From: Eledone cirrhosa | Taxonomy: Eukaryota | Assembly: GCA_964016885.1 (NCBI GenBank) | Contig: OZ024743.1 | Coordinates: 241,242,001 to 241,306,000 of the forward strand | Reading direction: 5' to 3' | Length of the DNA stretch: 64,000 nucleotides | Shown here: positions 44,698 through 58,000 of the stretch, in pieces | Layout: the number at the start of each line of letters is the position of its first letter | Numbering within the stretch: the first letter of the stretch is position 1 | Notes under the pieces: generated by a model | The model's database searches: none | What the model saw: only the letters and a program-made list of their open reading frames with translations | What the model was told of the DNA's origin: nothing | Program-made: the position numbers and the translations under genes

Positions 44698-45370
44698 GGA
44701 AAAATTGAAACGAAATTTCATTTCCCACTCTTAGTACGGCTGTAACTTAAATATAAGTATGTACACGTACATACATATATGTATACAGACGTACAGAAGT
44801 ATGTATATATATGTTTGTTTACAAACTCACCGAGCATTATAATAAATGTTCGGTGAATCCATACGTACATATATATATGAGTGCATGTATGTATATATAC
44901 ATACTACTGTACGTCTGTATACAGATATGTATGTACGTGTACATACTTATATTTAAGTAACAGCCGTACTAAGAGTGGGATATGAAATTTCGTTTCATTT
45001 TTTCCGTTTATCGTTTTCGGTGCACCCGGCCAATTAACCCACTCGATATGCAAATTGGGCTTCTCAGCCATTAATATGCATAAGGTAAGTATATACGTTC
45101 AACAATCTGGCAGGAAGGTATACGTTACTGACGATAGCTAATAAGCTTGAAACTAGTACAGCGTTCCTTTGTCAGTATTGAACAAACGAGCAACGATGGT
45201 TGCTGGACACTACGGCTTAATACGGGGTGTTTGTTTACAAACACACCGAGCATTATAATAAATGTTCGGTGAATCCAGACGTACATATATATATGTGTGC
45301 ATGTATGTATATATATATACATACTACTGTATGTCTGTATACGTATATGTATGTACGTGTACATACTTAT
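44695..45370 (+). mobile_element. Diverged relative of the ~500-bp HHR repeat, with a short inverted 5' part
   Basis: HHR at 45122-45164: CTGACGA-tagct-aata-agctt-GAAA-CTAG-TA. 44695-44810 is inverted relative to 44890-45008. About 1.1 units. Confidence 0.85.
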
Positions 45371-45414
45371 GTATATATATATATATATATATATATAGAT
45401 ATATACATGTATAT

Positions 45415-45447
<33 letters not shown>

Positions 45448-45478
45448 AATATATATACAAATATATATATATATAAAT

Positions 45479-45523
<45 letters not shown>

Positions 45524-45949
45524 TATATAAATATATAAATATATATATATATATATAAATATATATAAATATATAAATATATATATATATAAATATATAT
45601 ATAGAAATATATATAAATAGATATATATATAAATATATATAAATATGTATGTATATGTATGTATACACATATATTTGTATACCTCTCATTATTGTCTCTA
45701 ACTCCTTCACGGTAGAGTAACCATGGAAGTATAGTGACTGCTTTCAAGCAAACACTATATACACTTCTAGTCAACCTTACCACCCTTCTGTAGCCTATGT
45801 ATCATATCAATATCTCCCTCCGCCTTCTGAGATATTTTCACTGCTACAAGGGATTAATCCCCTTTCTTGACCAGTGTATCACGTGATAGAGTCTCCCTCC
45901 GCCTTTCTGAGATTTTCTCGCATGCTACGGACGTATGTAGTTAGGGCTC

Positions 45950-46053
45950 TTTCCTGAGGTGCTCCCTTGATAAGCTGGCTTACCTCACAACAATATTGTA
46001 TATCTATGATATAGCATTCTTGCATAGTGACCAGCGAAACTGTACAGTCGGGA
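45950..46053 (+). ncRNA. Hammerhead-like motif with long stem II (core CTGAGGT, probably decayed)
   Basis: tttc-CTGAGGT-gct...agc-GAAA-CTGTACAG-TC-ggga. Confidence 0.5.
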
Positions 46054-46157
46054 CTAAAGAAAAATAGGTATATTGTATCTATTATTCCTTTTTATAATAT
46101 TTTATATATAAATATATATATATATATAAATATATATATATAAATATATAAATATAT

Positions 46158-46264
<107 letters not shown>

Positions 46265-46533
46265 TATATATATATACATATATGTATGTATATATATATA
46301 CACGTACATATTAGTGAAGAGAGAGAGGCCAAGAAAAGAGCGTTGTCAATAGCAGAACGGCATCTAATGGAATTAGTTGAGATGTTGCTTTGTCTATTGT
46401 AATCCCACCAGTTAATCAGAACAATCGAGAGTTGACCAGCGACGGATTGACATACAATTCCCGCCATAATCTACTTCGTTTTATAAACCTACTTTCACTT
46501 TCGCCGAATATCTGTTTGGATATATATATATAA

Positions 46534-46708
46534 TTGTTTCTACTTTTGGCACAAGGCCAGCAATTATTTCAGTCCATTACTGGTACTTTATTTTATCGAC
46601 CCCGTAAGGATGAAAGGCAAAGTTAACGTCTGCGGGATTTGAACTCAGACCATAAAGGGCCGTAACTCTATTCAGCAAAGTATCTATCGATACTCCCAAT
46701 CCACCATA
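46534..46708 (-). mobile_element. tRNA-derived SINE (MetaSINE-like)
   Basis: Homologous to 48029-48216. Confidence 0.7.
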
Positions 46709-46841
46709 TATACGTGTATGTGTTTGTGTGTGAAAAAATATATACACATATACATATATATATATATGTAAATATATATATACACATATACATATGTATA
46801 TATATACACATATATATACACATATACATATGTATATACAC

Positions 46842-46902
<61 letters not shown>

Positions 46903-46912
46903 AACCAGTGAG

Positions 46913-47006
46913 ACCCCGAGGGCTGATCTCAAGCCGTTTCGACGGCTAATTCTGGACTAAATGAAAATTTATCCTGGTATTTAAATAGCCGAGCTTCTCA
47001 AGGAGT
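46913..47006 (-). ncRNA. Hammerhead ribozyme with U3:A8 core
   Basis: actcc-TTGAGAA-gctcggcta...tagccgtc-GAAA-cggct-tgagatc-agccc-TC-ggggt (agccgTC in the 31.3-kb copy). Confidence 0.65.
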
Positions 47007-47342
47007 AATTCCATATATGGTCAAAGTGATTGTCACAAGGATTGGTCACAAGTTAGTAGTAATTCTGTGATGGCAAATTAGTGGGGGAAGGGGTAGCTAA
47101 ACCTGCCAGTAGGAGAAAAGGGGGAGGGGTGGAGTAGACCCATTCATGCGTTGGTAGTGCCGGCTACGGCTGGGCGTGAGGTCAAGGAAGATACTAGGGA
47201 GGGGGAGGGGGAGGAAGTCGAAACGGTAAGTAGAACAATGAAAGGTAAAGATATATAAAAAAAAAACTGAGTGTGATAGCAAATAAATGTAAAGAAAAAA
47301 ATAAGCAATTTCTACGACCTAAGTCTCTCGCTATTGCTAGGC

Positions 47343-47373
<31 letters not shown>

Positions 47374-48028
47374 ATATAATAACAAATAAATAAGGTAGGT
47401 AGGACGGTATAAGAAGGGACCCTTTTAAGAGGTATAAGTACGTATATCATACAGTGACGGGTCAACAAAGGGGGGGGGGCAAAATACTAAAGAAACTACC
47501 ACGAAATAATTAATAAAGGTTTCTACTCCAAACACAAGGCCAGCAACCACCCAGTGCAGAAAAGTAAACTAGTACGAAATAATAATTCAGAGTCCCGAAA
47601 AAAATATACTAATGCTAACTCTTAGGGTACCGCCACGCTACAAAATTTCTTATACAAGCTACATGAAAGTTCGTACGAAGTAAAAGTAAAATACGGAAAA
47701 TTAAATAAGAATCCCCCCCCCCCTCCCGCCCAAAAGAAAAGAGAAGAAAGAAATACTGAATAAACGAGAAATTAAAGCAAAGATGGAGAACAATAGCACG
47801 CAAAGACAAAACCACGTAAATGGTATAGCAGAAGTCGTAGACTAAAATTCTAACTAGGAGACCAAATGAATCTCCACGCTCCACATATGACTTATTATCT
47901 TCGTTTTTTCGTTCATTGCCAGAGAACGTCTCTATGCACCACCTAAGAGAACATTAGTCTACGACCTCTTTTATACCATAAACGTGGTTCTGTCTTTGCG
48001 CGTAATTGTTTTTCACCGCTCCTATTAA

Positions 48029-48216
48029 TTGTTTCTACTTTTGGCACAAGGCCAGCAATTACCCAGTGCATTACTGGTACTTTATTTTATCGACCCCGTA
48101 AGGATGAAAGGCAAAGTTAACCTCGGCGGGATTTGAACTCAGAATGGCAAGGACCGTAACTCTATGCGTCAAAGCATGGCGTCCGACCCTCTACCGATAC
48201 TGCCAATCCACCGCCC
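48029..48216 (-). mobile_element. Full-length tRNA-derived SINE (MetaSINE-like)
   Basis: Head ggcggtggattggcagtatcggtag...gttcaaatcc followed by gcctttcatccttacggggtcgataaaataaagtaccag. Confidence 0.8.
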
Positions 48217-48426
48217 TCACCGCATCACCTTTTGGATGGCCATTGACTCTTAAGAGTTCCTTTGCCCTTTGACAGGTTTTGTTTTTAGTCCTGCAGGATG
48301 TCCAAAGTCACCCTGCTCACCAAGAAACCTTGGTGGGGTTGCCAGTTTAGTCGCCAACGACCCGACCATGGGACAGGTTGTACTGGGATACATGTTACCA
48401 GTAGCACCAACTGGTGACCTGACATA

Positions 48427-48528
<102 letters not shown>

Positions 48529-48609
48529 GTAGTCGGGGACTAAAGAAGAAGTTGTGTATGATATATCTTATTACTAATTATATCTAATATTACTTCTCTC
48601 TTCACAATG

Positions 48610-48681
<72 letters not shown>

Positions 48682-48722
48682 AATATATATTATAAATATA
48701 TATATGTATATATATATAATAA

Positions 48723-48766
<44 letters not shown>

Positions 48767-48784
48767 TATATATTCTATATATAT

Positions 48785-51205
48785 TACCATTAACGTGGTT
48801 CTGTCTTTGCGCGTAATTGTTTTTCACCGCTCCTATTAATGACGTATTATTCGTTTTTTCCCGTTCTTTGCCAGCGAACGTTACCACGAACCAAAGTATC
48901 GTCTTCCTGTCTTCCTCCGGTTGCAACGTTTTTTGAAATATCCAGTTCTGCGTTTACAGATTGACTTTGTTAGTTTCAGAAGATCCCGTTAAGGGTGAAA
49001 GCAGCGATTCTTTGCTTAAACTTTAATCTGTTATTTTAATAAATATTTGCTTTACGGTTCTTATATATTTGATATATATTTTCCTTATCGAGCCCTCTTT
49101 GGATTTTAGTCTTCAATTTTATTATTATTACTATTTGGCTCCTTCGGTTGAGCACTCTACTGACTTATATTCATCATGCAGAAACAACATCTGAATATTT
49201 CTACAAAGAACATACCCGTACCAAGCAGGAAAACATACCTAAAACTCCTGATACAGAAAACAGACGCGTTCATCAAAAGGTTGCGTTGGCGTGCCTTTTA
49301 TTTCGATAATCCGCGAAAAGCAGACAACAAACAGGATAAATTTGGATTTAAAACCTATAATAACCCTCCGTGGAATCCAGCATTGCTACCCTTCGAAAAT
49401 GATATCTTGGAACTCATTCGGAATATCAAATTTCGGAATAGGAGCAATTCCTTCCAGCAAGACCTGAAGAATAGAATTCGTTCTATTAAGGATTCTAACG
49501 CCGTGCACGTCCATTCCGACAAAACTGGCAACCTATATCAAGTGGAGCGCAGTACTTACCATCAACTATTACATAATGCTGTAACTAAGGATTACCGTAA
49601 AACTAATCGGTGCGTCATAAATGAAATCAACGATGCTGGGTTTAAAATCACATCTGATCTCAACATCCTGGACCGGACCGAACCTCTGGACCCTATCTCT
49701 CCCCACTTTACCCTGAAGGATCACAAATCCAATTTTCAGAACAACCCCTCTATTCGGCTTATTAACCCTACGAAGTCCGATTTAGGTAGACTTAGTAAAA
49801 CGATTCTTGATAGAATTATACCTGAAATTAGAAGTTGGCCCCTCTCGCACTGTGGAACAATTCTTTCGCGGTGATTGATTGGTTCAACGGCATATGTAAC
49901 AAGGAACATTGCCGTTTTATCCAATTCGACATCAACAATTACTACTCCTCCATCACTTTACCACTTCTCCTTAGAGCTATCAATTTCGCTGAAACACTCA
50001 CAGTGGTTACGGATTTTGAAGTTGATGTCATCCTTAATGCCCGAAAGTCGGTGATTAATTTCGACGACTCTATTTGGATTAAAAAATCCAATAGTACCCC
50101 ATTCGACGTGAGTATGGGCGCCAGTGACTCTGCGGAGGTTACTGATCTTATTGGCCTTTTCATTCTTTTCTCTATCAAGGACGAATCCCCCAACGCGGGC
50201 GGTGGTTTGTACCGTGACGATGGTCTTTTGACCATGACTAAGTGCGGACCTCGTGCTTGCGATAGGTTCAGAAAAGAACTCACATCCTTCTTTAAAGGCT
50301 TCAACCTCTCTATACAGGTTGAGGCCAATCTCTCGGTCGTTAATTACCTCGACGTTACCCTCAATTTATTGAATGGGTTGTATTACCCGTATAGAAAGCC
50401 GAATGATACGCTTAATTACATAAGTAAGCATTCCAACCATCCTGCCAGCATAACCAAGAACCTGGTAAGAAACGTTTCGTTGAGACTTCCCGTCTTTCCA
50501 CCAACGAGCGCATTTTCAACGACTATTCCACTTATTATAATGAAGCTCTTGCTCGAAGTGGATTTGTCGATAAGGTAGCATATACAGATTACGAAAATAG
50601 ACCGAGAAGAAATAGATCCCGTCGCATTTGTTGGTTTAACCCACCATATAATATGGAGGTGGCCACACCATTAGCTAAGATCTTTCTTTCCCTTATTACG
50701 AAGCATTTCCCCCTACACATAAATATAGTAAAATTTTTAATAGAAATACTATTAAAATTTCTTACTCTACGACTCCTAACCTTGCACATAACATCACAGC
50801 TTCAAATTTAGCTAAACTACCTAGCCGTAGGAACACGTGCAACCCTGTAGTTAGTACTAACTGTAATTGTAGGAATCGGGCTGATTGACCCCTATCCGGG
50901 AAATGCCTCTCTAGTAACATTGTTTACAAATGTAAGGTTGTAACACTCACGTCCCGTAGGGCCTACATAGGGTTAACCGCCAATAGTTTCAAGCAGCGTC
51001 TTTACATGCATACCCATTCTTTTCGTTACCCTCTAAGAAGGAATATGACGTCACTTTCAGCTTATATCTGGACTCTAAAAGACAACCACACCCAAAATAA
51101 TTTACACTGGGAGATCCTAGCTAGGGCTAGATCGTATAACGGAATCCCGTTAAGGGTGAAAGCAGCGATTATTTGCTTAAACTTTAAGCTGTTATTTTAA
51201 TAAAT
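48785..51205 (+). mobile_element. Near full-length Naiad-type PLE with upstream HHR pseudo-LTR
   Basis: ORF from 49176 has STKNIPVPS..FIKRLRWRAF, SDKTGNLY, LKDHK, FIQFDINNYYSSI, MGASDS, GGLYRDDG, CNC..*..C, IVYKC..YIGLT. Several frameshifts. Partial direct pseudo-LTR at 51144-51205. Confidence 0.92.
48972..49022 (+). ncRNA. Type I hammerhead, CAGAAGA core
   Basis: agttt-CAGAAGA-t-ccc-gttaa-ggg-t-GAAA-gcag...ttgc-TT-aaact. Confidence 0.65.
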
Positions 51206-51435
51206 ATATATAAATATATACATATATATATACATATAAACACACACATATATATATATACATACACATATACACACATATATATATATATATATATATA
51301 CATACACATATACATATATATATATACGCACATATATATATACACATATACACATATACATATATATACACATATACACATATATATATATACACACATA
51401 TACACATATGCATTTATATATATATACACCTATAC

Positions 51436-51466
<31 letters not shown>

Positions 51467-51531
51467 TATATATATACACATATACATATACTCATTTACA
51501 TATATGTATACTCATATACATATATATATAT

Positions 51532-51587
<56 letters not shown>

Positions 51588-51621
51588 ATATATACACACA
51601 CATATACATATATATATACAC

Positions 51622-51653
<32 letters not shown>

Positions 51654-51809
51654 ACGTATATATATATATATATACACATATACATATATATATACACATA
51701 TACATATATATACACACATATTCATATATATATATACACATATACATATATATATATACATATACATATATCTATATATACACATATACATATATATATA
51801 TATATACAC

Positions 51810-51840
<31 letters not shown>

Positions 51841-51841
51841 C

Positions 51842-51904
<63 letters not shown>

Positions 51905-51929
51905 TATATACACATATACGTATATATAT

Positions 51930-51961
<32 letters not shown>

Positions 51962-51991
51962 TTACACATATGTATATATATACACATATAC

Positions 51992-52030
<39 letters not shown>

Positions 52031-52169
52031 TATATATATATATACACATATACATATATATATACTCATATACATATATATATACACATATATATATATA
52101 TATACATATTCATATATATAGGTATATATATATATACACATATACATATATATCTATATACACATATTG

Positions 52170-52214
<45 letters not shown>

Positions 52215-52267
52215 AACATATATATATATATACATATACACACATATATATATACACATATACACAC

Positions 52268-52300
<33 letters not shown>

Positions 52301-52473
52301 TATATATATACTCATATACATATATACATACACATATATATATACATATACATATATATAGGTATATACACATATACACACATATATATATATATATACA
52401 TAAACATATATATATATATACATATACACACATATATATATACACATATACACACATATATATATACACATAT

Positions 52474-52520
<47 letters not shown>

Positions 52521-52545
52521 TATACACATATATATATACACATAT

Positions 52546-52578
<33 letters not shown>

Positions 52579-52715
52579 AACATACATATTAGGGTAAATA
52601 TTGATGCAATTCAATTCAAGCACTCAACGTACTTTTTCCACATAGGAGTGACGGAGTAAATATCGAATAAGGAAAAGCGAAGTAGTTTCAGATGTTCAAA
52701 TCCTTTAATAATAAT

Positions 52716-52898
52716 TGTTTCTACTTTAGGCACAAGGCCAGCAATTACTCAGTGCATTACTGGTACTTTATTTTATCGACCCCGTAAGGATGAAAGGCAA
52801 AGTCAACCTCGGCGGGATTTGAACTCAGATCGTAAAGGGACGTAACTATGCTGGAAAGCATGGCGTCCGACCCTCTACCGATACTGCCAATCCCCCGC
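52716..52898 (-). mobile_element. tRNA-derived SINE (MetaSINE-like) with 14-bp target-site duplication
   Basis: TSD cctttaataataat at 52702-52715 and 52899-52912; SINE absent from the sister arm. Confidence 0.88.
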
Positions 52899-54226
52899 CC
52901 TTTAATAATAATGCTGTGATATATATTTCAGTGACGACACTGGCCACACTGTTCGGTGTGCGAGTGTCGTGTCATCATCAGACAGCTTATTACGTAATAC
53001 GGTTATGTTTCCTAGGCAATCCAAATTGGATCGACAAGGGAACGGATGAATTGCGTGTTTTGGGGTTTTTCATCCGCTCCCTTGTGAGTACCAATTCACC
53101 CCCACCGGCCTGCGCAATGTTTACCCTAATAATTTAGCTACAATTAGTTGAGCGCTTTACGATGTAACCGACATGGTGGAGAAGAGAGGAACCAACCATA
53201 AGCTACCCCGGAAATTCCCTCTACCATGGGGATGGAAACCCCTTACACTGGACGGGCATAATAGTAACCTTCGGCAGGATAAATACGCGGAAACAAATAA
53301 TAGGATTAACCCCTATTCTCCTGCACCAAATCGTATTTGAACAGAGGCCCCCTCAATTCAATCTATACATGGACAGATGGAAAATCATATGGATCATTTT
53401 GCATATACTCTGTGTTTTTGCATTTATTCACTATTTGTTCTGTTCTTTTCTTTTGTGTACTTTATGTCTGTTTTTCTTTGATTTTGTTCCATGTGATGGA
53501 AATTAGGACTGTGTACCAGATCCACTAATGCCTGGAGTCCTGTAGTTATAATGTACGACACTGTCGTTCAATATGTGGATAGAGTAACTGTGACACTAGA
53601 ATCCCTCTCAGAAAATATTACTTAAACATCTCTCTCCATATTATTTACTCACCTCAATCCGAATTATCACCTGAAAAGAATTTTTTTAATTCTTTTTTTT
53701 AATTCCTTTTTTTAATTCTTTAATTTCTAATTGTTAATTTCTTAATTGTTTAATTTATAGTATCTGATATTTGATTTAGGATTTTAATTTTTATTTCCAA
53801 CTCTCACTCTTAACTTCCAACGTAAAACCATGATACCTAGAATAAGTTTATTTTCCCTTATAAGGTGATGGTCAGTCGTGACGTCAACGCTTAGTGAAAG
53901 GTAGTATATGACCTGTAAAAACTAACACTCTCCCATCCCCTCTGACTCTCGGCTGACTGCCACAGCCGTGATGGGTAGCAGTAAAATATGGTACAGGCAT
54001 TGGTGGGCCATTGTTTTGGATGACGGTGTGAACTGACTAAGCAAATTTCGTTGAAGTCTTCGGTGACGAATGGTCAACTTCCTTCGGACATGCGCTTGCG
54101 CAGGCCGGTGGGGGCGAATTGGTACTCACAAGGGAACGGATGAAAAAGCCCAAAACACGCAATTCATCCGTTCCCTTGTCGATCCAATTTGGATTGCCTC
54201 GGAAATATAACCTTATTATGTAACAA

Positions 54227-54300
54227 GCTGTCTGATGATGACACGACACTCGCACACAGAACAGTGTGGCCAGTGTCGTCACTGAAATATATATCACAGC
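54227..54300 (+). ncRNA. Type I hammerhead ribozyme (mirror copy 52913-52986, minus)
   Basis: gctgt-CTGATGA-tgac-acgacact...agtgtcgt-cact-GAAA-TATATA-TC-acagc. Confidence 0.85.
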
Positions 54301-54658
54301 ATTATTATTAAAGGATTTGAACATCTGAAACTACTTCGCTTTTCCTCATTCTATAAACATACATATATATATACACACATATACATATACATATATATAT
54401 ACACACCTACATATATATACACACATACATATATATATACACACATATACACGTATATATATATACACATATACATATATATAAACACATATACATATAT
54501 ATATATATACACATATACATATATATATACACACATATACATATATATACACACATACCCATATATATATACACACATATACACACATATATATATATAC
54601 ACATATGCATATATATATACACACATATACACACATATATATATATACACACATATAC

Positions 54659-54703
<45 letters not shown>

Positions 54704-55012
54704 AATATATATATATATGCACATATACATATATATATACACATATATATATATACACATATATACATATACATATATATATATATATATTTATACACAT
54801 ATACATATATATATATATATATACACACATACCTATATATATACACATACATATATATATACACACATATACACGTATATATATATACACATATACATAT
54901 ATATATATAAACACATATACATATATATATATACACATATACATATATATACACACATATATATATACACACATATACATATATATATATATATATAAAT
55001 ATATATACACAC

Positions 55013-55043
<31 letters not shown>

Positions 55044-55071
55044 TAGATATAGAGATAGATAGATAGATACA

Positions 55072-58000
55072 TTTTTTATTAGCCACAAGGGCACAAAAGA
55101 AGGGGACAAATGCAAATGGGGATTTAACATACAGGTATATTAAAATCAAACCATTAATAAAACAACAAATAACAATTGAAATCCGCAATAGGGGGAGGTG
55201 TTAGACAGGGGTTGTACACACCCCGAAAAAATGTAAAACCCTCATTTCCAGGACCACCAAGAGTGAGTACTCCCTTCCTCTCTTCCTCTTTTTCCTCAAC
55301 CTACAGGCTTATATAGAGAGAAGGCCCAATCACTCGGACCATCTTTGCCACATTCACCCACCTTTTATAAAATTTGCTGGGGTATTCTACCTCTCTCTCC
55401 ATCCTGATTCTTTTTCCAAAATGATATTTGAAAAAACGAATCAGTTGCTCGCCGGAGAGAAAGGTGTCTGACCTCAGTCTTTTTAACCTCGTCCACCATA
55501 TAACCTCTTTCACCATAGCCATAACACATAGGAAAACCGCCTCTCCCTTGTTTTTGAATGAGGGTGGCGGTTTGATCATGACAATGGACTCGGTGGTCAA
55601 CTGGATTGGTCCCACCCGCGACAATAGTCGTTCTACATAGCCCCACAGGTCGGTAACGCCCGGGAAGTGTACAAAGTGTACAAAATGCGTGCGCGACGTG
55701 GAGACCGTCGCACACGCATCTCGGACAGATCCTTTTCGAAGCGTTTCTACCCGGGCGCCCGTGCTTGTAGACCTTGTCTCGAACTGGTAGAGCTCCTCGG
55801 TAGCACTGCCAGGCCAGGGTCTTTTGGAAGTTATCCATTGGTCCCGGGCGGAAGGTCCTACCGAACAGACTGGCCTGTTCGTCCTCTTCTACGTCTAGAG
55901 TTTCTCCGAGCGTGTCGTGTCACTTGCTGCGGACTAACCCTCTATAGAATGTCGAAGTGGAGTCTCCACTGATCGCCGGGTCCGTTTGCCTGAGGACTGT
56001 GAGCGCCTGAGCACATACGATATGCCAGTCGCCCATTTTCCTCGGTCTTTGCTTGAGCCAGGTCTGCAACTCGGTCAGCGAGACGAGTCGTGGGAAGGCT
56101 CGCCTCACGAACGGGGCCCACACCGGTTGTCTGGTGAGGAATACGCGGAGGTGCTGTAGCCTGAGCGCGTGTTTGTGCATCGTCAGCCACGGCAACCCCA
56201 GCCCTCCGTTTGAAGGGTGTTGGCAGCAGATGGATCTTCTCACCAAAGGAGCCCGTTTCTTCCAAAGGAATTGGAAGAGCGCGCGCTCCATTTTGGTGAG
56301 CGTTTTGGCTGGACAAAGTACAACGGTCAAACGGTAGTAGATGACGGACGCTATAAAAGTGTTCGCCACCTCCGCTCGGCCCAGTTCTGTGTGAGCGCAA
56401 ACACCTTGGCTGTCAGCTCGTTCCAGTTCTTCTCCACCTGGACGTCAGGACCAAACCAGACCCCGAGCAGCTTTACCGGTCCTTCCGTCCAGCGTCCGAC
56501 GACGTCATCGGAAGGCATCGGTTTGCCTCTCCACGTTCCAAGTTGCAAACCGACGAATTTGTCCCGGTTCAGCTTCGCTCCTGTGAACCTTTCGTATTCC
56601 TCAAGTAAGGTTCCGAACTCCCCGATCTGCTCGACACCATTACCATCAAGTCGTCGGCGTAGGCCGACGCCGCTTTTCGCAGTCCCCGTTCCAAAGGGAT
56701 GCCCTGCAATAGCTGCAACTTCTGCAGTTATGGCTCGAGAGTCAGTACGTACAGAAGGGAGGAGAGAGGGCATCCCTGTCGGATGGATCGCGTGATATGG
56801 AACGGCTCCGAGAGGTAGCCGTTCACCTTGACCCTTGAACACGGGACCGAAGCCTGCCGCCTCGAGCACCGCATCCAGGTAACGATGGTCAATCCTATCG
56901 AAAGTCTTAGACTGATCCAAGTTGATCAGGGCCCCACCGAAGCCGGGTTTACACCCTACCCTCTCTATGATGTATCGCATGAGGTGGAGGTTGTCGTGTA
57001 TGGCCCTGGTCGGGATTGTGCATATCTGCGCTTCTCCCACCAGGTTTTCGACGACAAGCGCCAGCCTCTTTGCCAACAGCTTGGCCAAAATCTGTAACTC
57101 TGTGTTGAACAGAGTTATGGGCCGGAAGTTGCCTATGCCACCCCCCTTGTTCTCGTCCTTCCTGACTAACGTGATTACGCCCTTGGTCACAGAACTGGGA
57201 ATTCTCCCGTTCTGCTGCCAGTTGTAGTAGACCGCTTCCAGCAGACCGGAGAACAAGTCCGGCATTGCTACGTAAAATTCGAAGGGTAGACCGTCGAGAC
57301 CTGGAGATTTGCGTTTGCCGCATTGGCTCAGTGCGTCCCCTATCTCAGCGGCCGAAATCGACCTTTCGCAGAACTTCGCCACGCTGTCTGAGAGTCGCGG
57401 TAGGCTGTCGAGGTATGAACCGAAATCCATAGCCTCTCCCGGCGCGCCGCCCTGCCCGAACAGTTGAGCAAAGTGCCGCTGAAAGGCCGCGCATATTTGC
57501 TTCGGCTCACGTATCACGCGTCCCTCTTGGTCCTTCAAAGACCGAATCGTGGACTGTTGCCACTTTTCGCCTCCGTCACTCGGGCCCAGCTAACAGCTTT
57601 GGATCCCTCGTTTCCCAGAGCACGTATTTTGCTTCTGACAACGCAACCTTCATGCTTTGCTTCGAAGAACTGGTCCAAGGCCGTTCTCGTCGCTAGCACG
57701 CTAGCTACGTTGCCACTCCTAAGTGCCTCTTCTACTTTATCTACCAGTTTCTTTTCGGTCTTATTTCTATCTAACACTAATTCTTTACTAAAACCTATCG
57801 AGTCTAATCTAACTGCCCTCTTGAGAGAGTACCACCATCTGTTGTTGACAATGGCCCTCGTCAAGTGCTGCTTAACTAAAGTGCTAATCCGTCTACTGTA
57901 GGCTTTGCATGTCGGTAACGACAAGTTCAGCTTCCAGTAGCTGGGTCCTTGTCTATGGGTTTTGTCAAGGTTGACTATGCAGGTCAATAATTTGTGATCT

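Larger units (their letters stand above)
52585..54346. mobile_element. Non-coding element with ~250-bp inverted HHR-bearing arms
   Basis: 52669-53116 (minus the SINE) is the reverse complement of 54096-54346. Flanked on both sides by TACACATATACA satellite. Confidence 0.85.
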
